The notes beneath the pieces were generated by a model that was not told the origin of the DNA, searched no databases, and saw nothing but the letters and a program-made list of their open reading frames with translations. A stretch of DNA of 64,000 bases from Lama glama. Taxonomy: Eukaryota. Positions 25,790 through 36,950 of this stretch are shown here, in pieces (position 1 is the first letter of the stretch; each line of letters opens with the position of its first letter). The stretch lies in contig CM052817.1 in the NCBI GenBank assembly GCA_028534125.1, positions 33,420,001-33,484,000 on the forward strand, written 5' to 3'. The position numbers were made by a program, and so were the translations under genes.

Positions 25790-26000
25790 GGAGGACAATT
25801 TTACCAACTCCTGCTACACGAACATGTGTATACTATTCCTAGCTTTTACAACACTCCTGTGAGGTACATGTCATCGTCCCCCTTCATGGCTAAGGAAACT
25901 GAGGCTAAGAAAAATTGATTAATTTGATCCTAGTCACATAGTTTCTAGTGGTTGAGATGAAATTTGAACTCATATCTGCTTAACTTCAAAGTCATGACTC
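25790..26000 (-). mobile_element. MIR SINE
   Basis: acaacactcctgtgaggtacatg..taaggaaactgaggctaagaaaa..atttgaactcatatctgcttaacttcaaagtc. Confidence 0.8.
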
Positions 26001-27064
26001 CTGTTTTGGCACACCATTGTTGGATATTTTTATTTCTACCCTCCCCCATATATAAAAATAAATGAGATGGCTAAGCCAATCTGATTGACTGTCCAGCAGC
26101 CAACCTCTCTTCCATAGAATTGTGGATTATATTATCTCAGAGTTACTAGTCAGTGGAGAAGCATTTTTTAGAGGCTTCTGCTTTTGACTCTGACTGTCAT
26201 GATAGTTACCTCAGGCTGACATAACGCAGCTCTCATTGGTTTAATTGTCAGGGAGCCTTGAAATTACCCACCACTCCTCTCCAAGGCGGTTTTTCGTGGC
26301 CTCCAAATTGAAGACTGGGCTGCTTTAACTCCTACTCCTGTCTTTCCAGCACTGGCTGCACCATTTCTGGCTGGGGAGGGCTATGTTTTTAAACATCCCT
26401 TTGCATTCTCACTGTCTCTGTCTTGCCCTGTCTGATCAGGCCAAGCTGTGGCCACAGTTGTGTATAATTAGTTAACTTCACTCACTGTCTCTTGTGTTTA
26501 TGGTTCCCTGCCCAATTCCAAGTGACAAATGGCTATCCAAAGCCTTGGGCTTGACCCCAGATGACCCTGTGTTTGATTGCCTTCATCCTGGTGCACGGGT
26601 CAGCACTCAGAGACTCCCATAGCTCTTGCTCAGCTGGTAATTGATTTCCATGAGAATTCATGGGCCAGTTGGCAGACCTGGGCCACTGGGCACACTGACA
26701 GTACATGCAGGAGGCAGCCTATGGTCACCAGAATATTCACTCAATTAAAGTACTATACTTAAAGGGACCTTGCCCATTCAGTGTTAGGAAGGTAAAATGC
26801 CTACTAAGGATTCGTATGTCAAGTTTCTCAGGCTTCTCCTGAAAGCATAAATTCAATGAGAAATTCCCAAGTAACAGGACAGGAGTTTCCCCAGTTTTCT
26901 TTTCAAACTTTTGTTTGGCTTCTGTGCTAGTTGATGCCAATCAGCTGTCAACAAATGAGGAATAGTGTCTAGGTCACACTTTTGTTTTCCATCTGTTCAT
27001 TTATGCATCATTAATACCTTCACTTTAAGAGTTGTTAATGTATCAAGACAGTGTTTATTCAAGC

Positions 27065-27365
27065 TCAGTAAAGTGCAGTGAGGAGGGAAGGGTCCTAGAT
27101 AAGAAGTTGGAGGACCTGGGTCTTAGACCCAGCTCTGCTTCTCCCTGGATATGTTCCTCTGCAGAAGTACTACTTCTGGCATCAGTTTCCTCACTTGTGA
27201 AAGGAAGAAGAAGGGAAGGAGAAGAAGAAAGAAGAGGATGAAATAAAAAGAAAGGAAGGAAGAAGGAAGGCAAAAGGCAGAAAGGAAGGAATAGAGGGAG
27301 GGAGGGAAACCAGAAGAAAGAAAAAGGGGTGAGGAAGCAAATGATTTCAAAATTCCCTTCCAGCT
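27065..27365 (+). mobile_element. MIR/MIR3 with an expanded purine-rich tract (27200-27340)
   Basis: agttggaggacctgggtcttagacccagctctgc..catcagtttcctcacttgtgaaagg, then GA-rich low complexity, then tail-like atgatttcaaaattcccttccagct. Confidence 0.65.
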
Positions 27366-29100
27366 TCCTGCTTCATGTATTTCAAGGCTATGTTATCAGG
27401 TGAATAAACATTTAAAATTATGTCTTCTTGATGAATTGAGTCCTTTATCATTATGAAATGACTTTCTTCATCACTCAAAATATCCTTTGTTCTGAAATCC
27501 ATTGACTATTAATATGGTGATTCAAGCTTTCTTTTGATTAGTGCTAACTTGGTATACATTTCTCCCTCTTTTTTAATTTTTTATCTATTTGTGCTTCATA
27601 TTTAAAGTGCATTTTTTTGTAGGCAGTGTATTTTTGGGTCTTTTTTTCCCTCTGCCTTCTAGTTGGGATATTTAAACTATTTACATTTAATGTGATTATC
27701 GATATGGTTGGAAATCTATCATCCTATCTGTTCTTTGTTTCATTTTTGATCCTTTTTTTTTTTTACTTCTTTTGGATTGATTCCATTTTATCTTTTTATC
27801 TATAACTCTTTGCTGTGTTATGGCAATTGTTGCATTACAGGTTATAGTATTCATCTTTAACTTCTCATATTCTACCTTCAGGTGACATTATTCCACTTCA
27901 CATATAGTATAAAAACCATACAAGAGTATACTTCCATTTCTTTCTCAACCTTTATACTATTGTTGTCACACATTATGCTTTTATTTATATTATCAACCCC
28001 ATGTTACACTATTATTTTTTAAACAATAGTTTTTTAAAGAGACTTAAATAAGAAAAAAAACTCTATATATTTACTTATGTAGTTACTATTACCAGTGCTC
28101 TCCATTCTTTCATGTATATTCCTTACCCATCTGATGCCATTTTCCTTCTGCCTGAAAGACTTCCTTTAACATACCTTGTAGTGCCAGGTCTGCCGCTGAT
28201 AAATTCCTTCTGTTTTGTAATTCTTAGAAAGAATATCTGCTGTCATTCTTGTGTGTGCTCCTCAGTACATAGTGTCTCTTTATCCTCTTTTTTTTTTAAC
28301 ATTGGTTTTGAATAATTTGATTATGACATTACTTGGTCTAGTTTTCTTCTTGTTTCTTGCACTTGGGGATAATTGGCCTTCTTAGATCTGTGGGTTGATA
28401 ATTTTCATCAAATTTGGGGAATTTTCAGTCATTATTTATTCAAATATACCTTATCCCTTTCCCCTTTTTCTTTTGGGGACTCCAATTACACATATATTAG
28501 GCTGCTTGAAGTTTTCCCACTGATCATTGATGCTTATTTCATTTTTTAAAATTATTTTATCTTTCAGTGTTTCATTGTGGATAGTTTCTATTGCTATGTC
28601 TTCAGCTTTACAAATGTTTTCTTCTGCAACATCTAATCTGCTGCTAATCCTGTTGTATTTTAACCATGCATTATAGTTTTCATCTCTAAACGTTCTATTC
28701 TGGTCTCTTATACCAACCATGTCTTCATTTAACTTTTGAACATATGTTTTAAGTGATAATTACTTTCTTAATATCTTTGAATGTTCATTCTAACATCTTT
28801 GTCAGTTCTGGGTCATTTGCAATTGGCTGATTTCTTTTTCCCCATTATGGGCTATATTTTTCTGCTTTTTTGCATGACTGATATCTTTTTTTGAATGGTA
28901 GTCATTGCAAGTTTTTTCTTGTTGGGTGCTGAATATTTTTATACTCCTATAAATATCTTGAGCTTGTTCTGGGGCACAGTCAAGTCAGATAGAAAGAGTC
29001 TGGTCTTTTGGGATCTTTCTTTAAGATTTGTTAACTAGAGCCAGAGAGTAGTCATTTCAGAACTAATTATTTACCACTGTGAAGGTAAGACTCTTCTGTG
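27366..29100 (-). mobile_element. Old LINE-1 5' portion (ORF1 remnant to start of ORF2)
   Basis: ORF 28451-28720(-) NRISSRLDVAEENI..EDIAIETI..WENFKQPNICVIGVP is L1 ORF1p-like; ORF2 start motif (revcomp of tttacatttaatgtgattat) near 27690. Confidence 0.9.
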
Positions 29101-30344
29101 GACTAAAGAACTCACAAAATTCAATAAAACAATTCAGTTTTTAAAAGAGAAAAACATTGAACAATTGAACAGACGCTTCTCCTATCTATCTATCTAGATG
29201 GCAAAGTGCCAGATAAGAATGTGCCCAACATTATTAGCTATTAGGTAAATGCAAATTAAAATCACAAAGATCTGCTGCTACTAGTAGAGCTAGAAAATTT
29301 TAAAACTGACTATCTCAAGTGTTAGTGAAGACACAGAGGAATAGAGGAATAGGAAATCTCTTCCACTGCTGGTGGAGATGTAAAATGGTACAACTTTGCA
29401 AAACAGCTTGGCAGTTTCTTAAGAAGTTAACCATACACCTACTATATGATTTAGCCATTCCACTCCTAAGTAATTACTCGAGAGAAATGAATGAGTGCCT
29501 ATGCCCACAAAGATTTATACACGAATGTTCACAGCAGTTACATTTGTAACAGCCCCAAACTGAAGACCACTCAATGTCCATCAACAAGTGAATAAGCCAC
29601 CTGTGATTAGCTGTACAATGAAATACTATCCAGCAATAAAAAGGAATGAACTATGGATACACTCTACAGCTCGAATGGATCTCAAAATAATTATGCTGAG
29701 TGAAAGAAACCAGACAAAATAAGAGTACATACTGTATGACTTCATTTATATTATGTTCAAGAATACGCAAACTAATCTACTGTAAAAGAAAACAGATCTA
29801 TGTTTTCTGGAGGGCCTGAGGGTAGCAGAGAGTCTGGAAGAGGAAGGAGAAATAGGACGGAGAAATTACAAAGGAGCATGAGGACACTGTAGGGAGGGGA
29901 GGTGTTAGATATATTCATTATCTTGCTTGTAATGATGATTTTATGAGTTATACATAGAAACTTACCAAATTGTACTTTAAATATATGGAGTTTACTGTAT
30001 TTCAATTATATCTCAATAAAGCTGTCAAAAAAATACAAGATCTGAATTAAAGTGGGCTTCTACTGGTCACATTTAGGGCAATCTGTGTGTAAAAAAATAA
30101 TAATGACAATGGGTAGAATAAAAAAAAATACATAAGTCCACAGTGACACCAAAAAAGAGCAAGAGAAGGAAAAAAAAGAGAAGGAAGAGGAAGCAAGTGT
30201 GATGGGGGCTCTTCTTTACAAAAGAATGCTAGCCAACAAATGTAGAAGGAATGATAAAACTAGAAAATCACTATTTATCAACTCCCAGTTTAATAATGGA
30301 TTCAGGTAAGGATGAATAAAAGATGCCAAAATATTGGGTGAAGG
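29101..30344 (+). mobile_element. LINE-1 late ORF2 and 3' UTR (L1MC/MD-like)
   Basis: ORF 29319-29549 CWWRCKMVQL..WQFLKKLTIHLLYDLAIPLL is the L1 ORF2p C-terminal region; caattatatctcaataaagctg near 30020 then further L1M 3' UTR-like sequence. Confidence 0.9.
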
Positions 30345-30779
30345 CAGCTCTATAAATATTAGCCTACTCATCAAGATAAGATTAAATTACACTTATCATG
30401 TACTATTTTTTTAAAACAGAAAGGAAGATTTCTGGCAAAATGGTTAAAAAAAAAAGGTGGGGAGCTGTGAACCTTTGGCACATAGAGATGAGTTTCAGGT
30501 AGCTGGAAGTCATTACATTATTAGAATATAATGACCCTGACCCTACCAGTTAAATAATAATAATTTTTGTGCACCTAAGAAGCCCTGAGAGTCTTGGGAT
30601 TAAGATTGCTGGGGCATCAAGGGAGGAGGTGCAGATACTGACAGCTGGAAGTCAGCTGGGGTACCCAGAGTCAGACAAGTCCCAGGGATAGTGTCAGGCA
30701 AGCTCAGCTCGGTTTTAATCGCTCCTCAATTTATCCGTTTGGTGTTGTTAATTCACTACTATGATTCCTTGATCCATGG

Positions 30780-31230
30780 CTCAATTCCCCACTGAGAGGG
30801 AGAGGATCTGGTCCTGATTTGCTCATCAGAATTTAACAGAGTGACTGGTGTACAGTAAGAGCTTGGTAACTACTTCTGAAATGAATGAATGAGTGAGTGA
30901 ATGAATGAATGAAGACAGCAGACGTATAGTTTATTCCATTTTAACTGAATGGCCCTGTGTTAAAGCTAACTATTAGCACCCTTGCAAGCACCAGAGGGCA
31001 GAAACCTGGTCTGTTCTTGACACTGATTTAACCACGATACCTAGAACAGTACCTAGCACACAGCATGCCTTTGATAAATATTTGCTGAACTGATAGCTTA
31101 GAGTGGCCACCTCCATCACAATGTAAATTTTGTGAGGGCAAAGACGAACTTTGTAATCCCTCCAGTGATAAGCATGGAGCCCTGCGTGGGGTAGGGGCTC
31201 AATAAATATGTGAGAAGGAGTAAGTGAGTG
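30780..31230 (+). mobile_element. Cluster of L2 3' ends with (GAAT)n tail
   Basis: gaaatgaatgaatgagtgagtgaatgaatgaatgaa; cctagaacagtacctagcacacagcatgcctttgataaatatttgctgaa; ggtaggggctcaataaatatgtg. Confidence 0.8.
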
Positions 31231-31789
31231 AAAGATGAATAGTTGAATCTTGTCCACACTTAGTGAACTGACTGAAGACCGCAAACATTCCAAGGAGAAG
31301 CAGCTCAGAGAAGGCGGAAGTGGTAAGGACCATTGAGGGGTGGCCTCGGCGGCAGTGTGGATGGAAAGCCAGGCTGCTGGGGGTCTGGCCTGCAGGCAGC
31401 GGAGTGGATCCCTGAGAGCTCCTTCCTGTCTGCAGCCCCTTGAGTTGGATGCGTTCTGACTTTGCCAGAAAAGTGCCACCCACGATCCCCCACTGTCCCC
31501 CCGAGAGTGTCCAAGGTCAGTGTTTCCTATCTGGCGTCCAAGCTGACTGATCCTATGACCAAAGGGTCCCCCAAGGAGGGCTCTATGGAGTCCAGCAGGC
31601 AGTGGGGGTCACCTTGACTTAGTCTGTGAGAGGAAGTGGTCCAGAAGAAGAAAGACCATCATCCAGAGAGAGAGAGAGAGATACATTAACATCCGCATGC
31701 TTTCTGGAACTTTGGACCTGAAAGCAGAGGTTTCATTTAAGAACAAACCAAATTTCTAAAAAATAAAACAAAATAAACCAGAGGAATCC

Positions 31790-32060
31790 AAGCTAAACTT
31801 TCTGCTAATAAGCTTGTAATTTATGGGAGTATTATGCTCTGAAATGGGGCCGCATCTGAGAGAATGACAGAGCTGTCTTGCTGGGATGCCCTGTGATTTA
31901 TTTTGGATGCAGTACTGCCTGTCACTCCATCTCCAGTCTCGTTAGAGCAAATGCTGCTGAAACAAGAAATTTCTGTCTACAGACAGAGCCACAGACAAAG
32001 GCTCACTCATTTGAGTTACACTTTCAACAACTAAATTCCAGTACGGTGAAAGCATTCTTT
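31790..32060. promoter_or_regulatory. Candidate enhancer-like non-repetitive block
   Basis: TAATTTATGG 31817, TGACAG 31865, TGATTTAT 31894, CTGTCA 31919; motif inspection only. Confidence 0.35.
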
Positions 32061-32309
32061 ACCTAGTTTATAGTACTGAGTTTGAACTCATCCAAGCTCT
32101 TAGGTTTGGAATTTCCAATGAAAAGAGAAGGCAGCCCACAGCAATTCTCCACCCACAGTGGGAGAACTGTAGCAGACTAAGGAAAACTCCAGTTTGATTC
32201 AGGCTGGATCAGAGTTGGTTACTAAGCCATCCAAAGAGAGCAGCGGTTCCTGTACCATCAGGTCATTGAAAAGAAAAAAAAAAAATAAAAAGCCTTACCT
32301 CCTCGCTAT

Positions 32310-33572
32310 CTAAGCTGTGGGTCTTAAACCAGCAACACCAGCAGCACTTGAGAATTTCTAGAAATGAAAATCTTTGTGACCCTGGATTAGGCAATGGTTT
32401 CTTAGCTACAGCACCAACAGCAAGAGCTATAAAAGGAAAAGTGAGTAAAGGAGACATCATAAAATTTGTGCTTCAAAGGACAGTATCCAGAAAGGAGAAG
32501 ATAGCCTCCAGAATGAGAGAAAGTATTTGCAAATCATATATCTGATAAGGAGCTAGTATCCAGAATATGTGAAGAATACTTAAATCAAGAGACGACCAAT
32601 TTTTTAAATGTGTAAAAGATTTAAATAGACACTTCTCTGAAGAAGATCTATAAATGACCAAAGAAACGCATGAAAAGATGCTCAACAGCATTAGTCATTA
32701 GGGACATGCACATTGAAACCACAGTGAAATGCCATTTCACACCCACTGGGATAGCTATAATTTTAAAAAATCAGACAATAACAAGAGTTAACAAGGATGT
32801 GGAGAAAGTGCAACCCTCACACATTGCTGGTGGGAATGTAAAATGGTGCGGCCACTTTCTAAACTAATTTGGGAGTTCCTCAGAAAGGCAAGCATAGAGT
32901 TACCACATGGCCCAGCAATTCCACTCCTAGGTGTATACCCACCAGAATTCAAACATATGTCCACGCAAAACCTTGTACACAAAGGATCATATCAGCATTT
33001 TTCAAAGTAGCCAAAAAGTGGAAACAATCCATGTGTTCAGTTGATGGATGGATATACAAAATGTGGAATATGCATACCACAGACTCAGCCAATGGAATGG
33101 AATGGAACTCAGCCATTCCATTCAATGGAATGAAGTACTGATACTTGATACAATATGCATGAACCTTGAAAACATCATGCTGAGTGAAAGAAGCCTGGTA
33201 TAAAAGGCAGCGTGTTGGACGATTCGATTTATATGAAATGTCCGGAATAGGCAAATCCACAGAGAAAGAAAACAGTTTAGAGTTAGAGATTGGAGGGAGG
33301 GGAATCGGGGAGCGGCTGCCACTGGGTACCAATCTTCCTTTTGGGGTGATGAAGATGTTCCCGAATTAGATGGTCATGATGGTTGCATCTCATGAATATG
33401 CTAAAAATCACTGAATTCTACACTTTATATAGTGAACTTTATGTAGGTGAATTATACCACAATAAAAGTTAAGTAAAAAAAAAGACTGAGGCTCCAACCC
33501 AGACTGTGTTAATATCTGTATTTGAGCAAGATCCTCATATAAAATGAATGCCCAAGAATGTCTGAGAAGCAT
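32310..33572 (+). mobile_element. MER5A-like MITE split by an L1 insertion
   Basis: Left part accagcaacaccagcagcacttgagaatttctagaaatg; right part gaggctccaacccagac..atctgtatttgagcaagatcctc..gtctgagaagcatg. Confidence 0.6.
32365..33483 (+). mobile_element. 5'-truncated LINE-1 (L1MB-like), ORF2 C-terminus, 3' UTR, A-tail
   Basis: ORF 32670-32867 MKRCSTALVIRDMHIETTVKCHFTPTGIAII is L1 ORF2p-like; ends gtgaattataccacaataaaagttaagtaaaaaaaaa. Confidence 0.93.
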
Positions 33573-33769
33573 GAATCTAGCTCACTGGTTCTCAGACTCG
33601 GCAGAAATGTGGAATCACCTGGGAAGCTTTCAAAACTGCTGCTTGACTTGATGAGTTGTCTTTTTGTGTCTTACAAGCCCTTGAGATGTGTGGGATGGAC
33701 CTCTTATTCCTTGATGGTTAGCACTATTTGCAAGGCACCTCTTGATTCTCAGAAACACTTATTGCTTCC

Positions 33770-34015
33770 TTTAAAAGCTAGGATTCTGGGCCAGGTTACC
33801 TCATTCAAACTGTAGCTGTGCCATTGATGAGCGGTGAGACCTTGAACAAATGACTTATCCTTACACACCTTGGCTTTCTCAATTGTAAAATGGGGATTAA
33901 TAATAGTACCTACTTCATAGGGCTGCTGAAAGGAATAAATTACTTCATACATATAAAGCACTTAGAATAATACCTAGCATACTGTAAGCATGATGTATGT
34001 GTATTAGATATTATT
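33770..34015 (+). mobile_element. MIR SINE
   Basis: gagaccttgaacaaatgactt..ctcaattgtaaaatggggattaataatagtacctacttcatagggctgctg..aaagcacttagaataatacctagcatac. Confidence 0.9.
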
Positions 34016-34261
34016 ATATAAGCAAATATTCTTTCCTAATATTGATTATATAGTATGTTATTATACACTGTATATTATATATGTTATATATACAATGGTA
34101 GCAACTACAGAACCCTGACCATTTACCAGGCATCAGGCTGGTGTTTTACATCATTTTATATAATTATCCCAATGATTCTGAAAGATGGGAATTCATTTAG
34201 CTAATAGTTATTAAGCATAGTCAACTATGTAGCTGACCCAGATGAGAAATTGAAGCCCAGG

Positions 34262-34625
34262 TGTCTTAGTTCGGGCTGCTATAACAGAATACTACAGCAT
34301 AGTGGCCTTATTAGTAGCAGAAATTTATTTCTAACAGTTCTGGAGGCTGGGAAGTCCAAGATCAAGACACCAGTGTGTCTGCTGTCTCATGAAGTCCCAC
34401 TTCCTACTTCACAGACATAAACGGAGGTCTTGCTGTGGCCTCACATGGTGGGAGGGGTGAGGGAGCTCCATGGAGTCTCTGTTATAAGGGCACTAATCCC
34501 ATTGTGAGGGCTCCACCCTCACGACCTAATATGCTCCCAAGGGCCCCACGTCTTAATACCATCATGTGCAGGGCTAAGATTTCAACTAGGGATTATGAGG
34601 GGACATGAACATTCCATCCACAGCA
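34262..34625 (-). mobile_element. MaLR solo LTR, MLT1A-like, inserted in a minus-strand MIR
   Basis: tgtcttagttcgggctgctataacagaatac..ttctggaggctgggaagtccaagatcaag..aacattccatccacagca; perfect 5-bp TSD ccagg at 34257-34261 and 34626-34630. Confidence 0.95.
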
Positions 34626-35796
34626 CCAGGGAAGTTAAGAGACCTGCCCACAGTCACAGAGCGCATGATCAGGGAAGCCCAGTGTGACCTCAGAATTCTG
34701 ACTCTTGCTTATCACATTCTGCGGCCTCCCTTCAAAAGGACACAACCGTGCAGGAGGAATGCAAAAGTAAGTGGCCAAGTGGGTGCAGGCATGTGCGGGA
34801 AGGAGGCCAGGGAGTGCCTGACAAGGAAATTCGGGGTGAGCCTGAGCATGGGAAGGGTGAGCAGAGAGTCTGCTGGGATCACCCTCAAGCTTTCTGTACA
34901 CATCACCCCTCTGGGAACACAAAGGTGGGCCTTCAGCACTCTCCATGAGCCTAGCAGACGCCGGCGTCTTGGAAGCCCCCCACCCCCACCATGAACAGGA
35001 CAGCAGCCGCTTCCACAGTTAGTGCTGGCCTCAGCCCACAGGACGTGCAAAGCTTATCACCCAGTCTGCTCACCCCTCATCCTTCCAAGCAAAGCCACAA
35101 ATCCTCACATAAGCTCCAACCTCCCCCCGGATGGTCTGCCTCTTCTCTTAAGGACTTTATGCTTTAAAGCTGCTGAATGCAGAAGAAAAGAGAAATTGAA
35201 ACAAAACTCCAAAGGACTGCACAAGTTGCCCCAATTCACCATTGTCCTGTGTCCCCATGGAACCCACCACCCCCCCAAATCCAAATCCCCTCAAAGCATT
35301 GGCAGTTCTCTCTGCCCATATCCAAAAGCCTGAAAAACAAAGCCCCTCCTGGGCTCAAACTCTTGCCATTATTCAAACACAAGCAATGTGTAAACAAGTT
35401 CTGTCCATCTATATTCGGATTTCAAAGTGGGCTTTGCCCCATCCAGATGTTTCTGCTTATGCGACTGTCTTGGTTTGGAGAAACACTGCAGAGGACCCAG
35501 CCTCTGGGGCACTTTGCTGTAACTCACCACTCGGCTGGTCTCATTCCAAAAAAAAAAAAAAAAAAAGACTGTTTTTGATGTAAAACACTAGTTCAGTTCA
35601 GAACTGTGGCTTTTCTCCTTGCTAAACCTTTTCCTCACTTACCCTACCCAGCCAGAAGGCTCTCTCCTAATGGAATTGCTGGAACCACTTACCCTCCATT
35701 AAGATGCTAACCTGTTTCAGAGGGGAGGGAAGAGAGAAAGAGATAACCAAGGGAGTAAATGGACTCAGAAAGAATGAAAGATGGTAAAGGCATTAC

Positions 35797-35849
35797 CACG
35801 TGTGTGTGTGTGTGTGCGCGTGTGCACGTGTGTGGGTGTGTGTGTTGTG
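35797..35849. repeat. (TG)/(CG) alternating purine-pyrimidine tract
   Basis: cacgtgtgtgtgtgtgtgtgcgcgtgtgcacgtgtgtg.. Confidence 0.95.
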
Positions 35850-36727
35850 GGGGAGTGGTAGGGAGAGGAGGTGGGGAGATTAGAATCACATTTCTGCAAT
35901 GTTTTCACACAAGGTACCACCAATCTAGCTGCTTAATTAAATCAGCATCACATTTGATTTAGTCTTGACTTTAATAAGAGTTTTGTGCAGACAGCAGGAT
36001 TGGAAGTCAATGTGATGTGGGTCTATGTGTGGATGCCTTTTTTAAGTCTGCTATGATTAGATCAACTGTGGACTTTTATAAAAGTAAAAGTTTTCAAGTA
36101 AACACTAATCAATTCACCACCTTAAGGTAGTGACTCTTTTGATGTTCCTGTGTCCTTTTCACACTGTAAAACACATCACCTGGGTGTGCTTGTCCGCTCT
36201 GATCCCAGAACACCGGCAGGCCGGGTTGGCCCCGGGGGAGCAGGAGCAGCGGTGGAGGAGCCAGCTGGTGCAAAACTTATCTCACTGACTCAGAATACCT
36301 GGGTTCATAGCCTGGCTTTATCGCTCACCAGCCTTTATCTTTGGGAGAAATCACACAACTTCTGTGAGTACACACTTTCTGTTCTCTAAAGGGAACACAA
36401 AACACCTAATTTGCAGGGGGGATTAGTGGTAATACATAAAAAGTATACTTCTTTGTATAATCTATCATTTTCACTGGTTAGTTAGGCATATGGACAATTT
36501 GCTTTCTCTTCGTGTTTCACCTTCATGCACAGTTTCCACCAATGTTTGTACTGTTGAGTAGCATTCTTGTGTCACAGATTGAAAGGCTAAAATAAGTTTT
36601 GTTTCTAAAAGTAATAGAAGGCACAGCCATTGCTCTGACAGGGAGCCGCTGCATACAAGAATAATGGCAACAATGGTAAAAATGACACTTCTTACACAGT
36701 GAACTAAGCACTCTTTATGCCTTATGG

Positions 36728-36950
36728 CAGAATTTTGCAACCTCAGCACTACTGACATTTGGGACCAGACCCTCCTTTGAGGTGGGGCAGTCCTTTACCT
36801 TGTAGGATGTGTAGCAGCATCTATGGTCTCTCCCCACCTGTTACCCCCTCCACCCTACTCCAGCCTACTTGTGTTGTGACCCCAAAAATGTCTCCAGACA
36901 TGGCCAAGTATCTGCTGGGGGGCAAAATCTGTCCCAGTTAAGAACCACTG
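36728..36950 (-). mobile_element. MER20 hAT-Charlie MITE
   Basis: caacctcagcactactgacatttggg..gttgtgaccccaaaaatgtctccagacatggccaag..ggggggcaaaatc..ccagttaagaaccactg. Confidence 0.92.

Noticed and set aside
28451..28720. Intact or domesticated L1 ORF1
   Set aside because: Short remnant surrounded by stops and frameshifts; the same applies to all ORF2 pieces.
30985..31003. CTCF-like gcaccagagggcag
   Set aside because: Explained by the L2 3' terminal motif and lacks the leading CC of the consensus.
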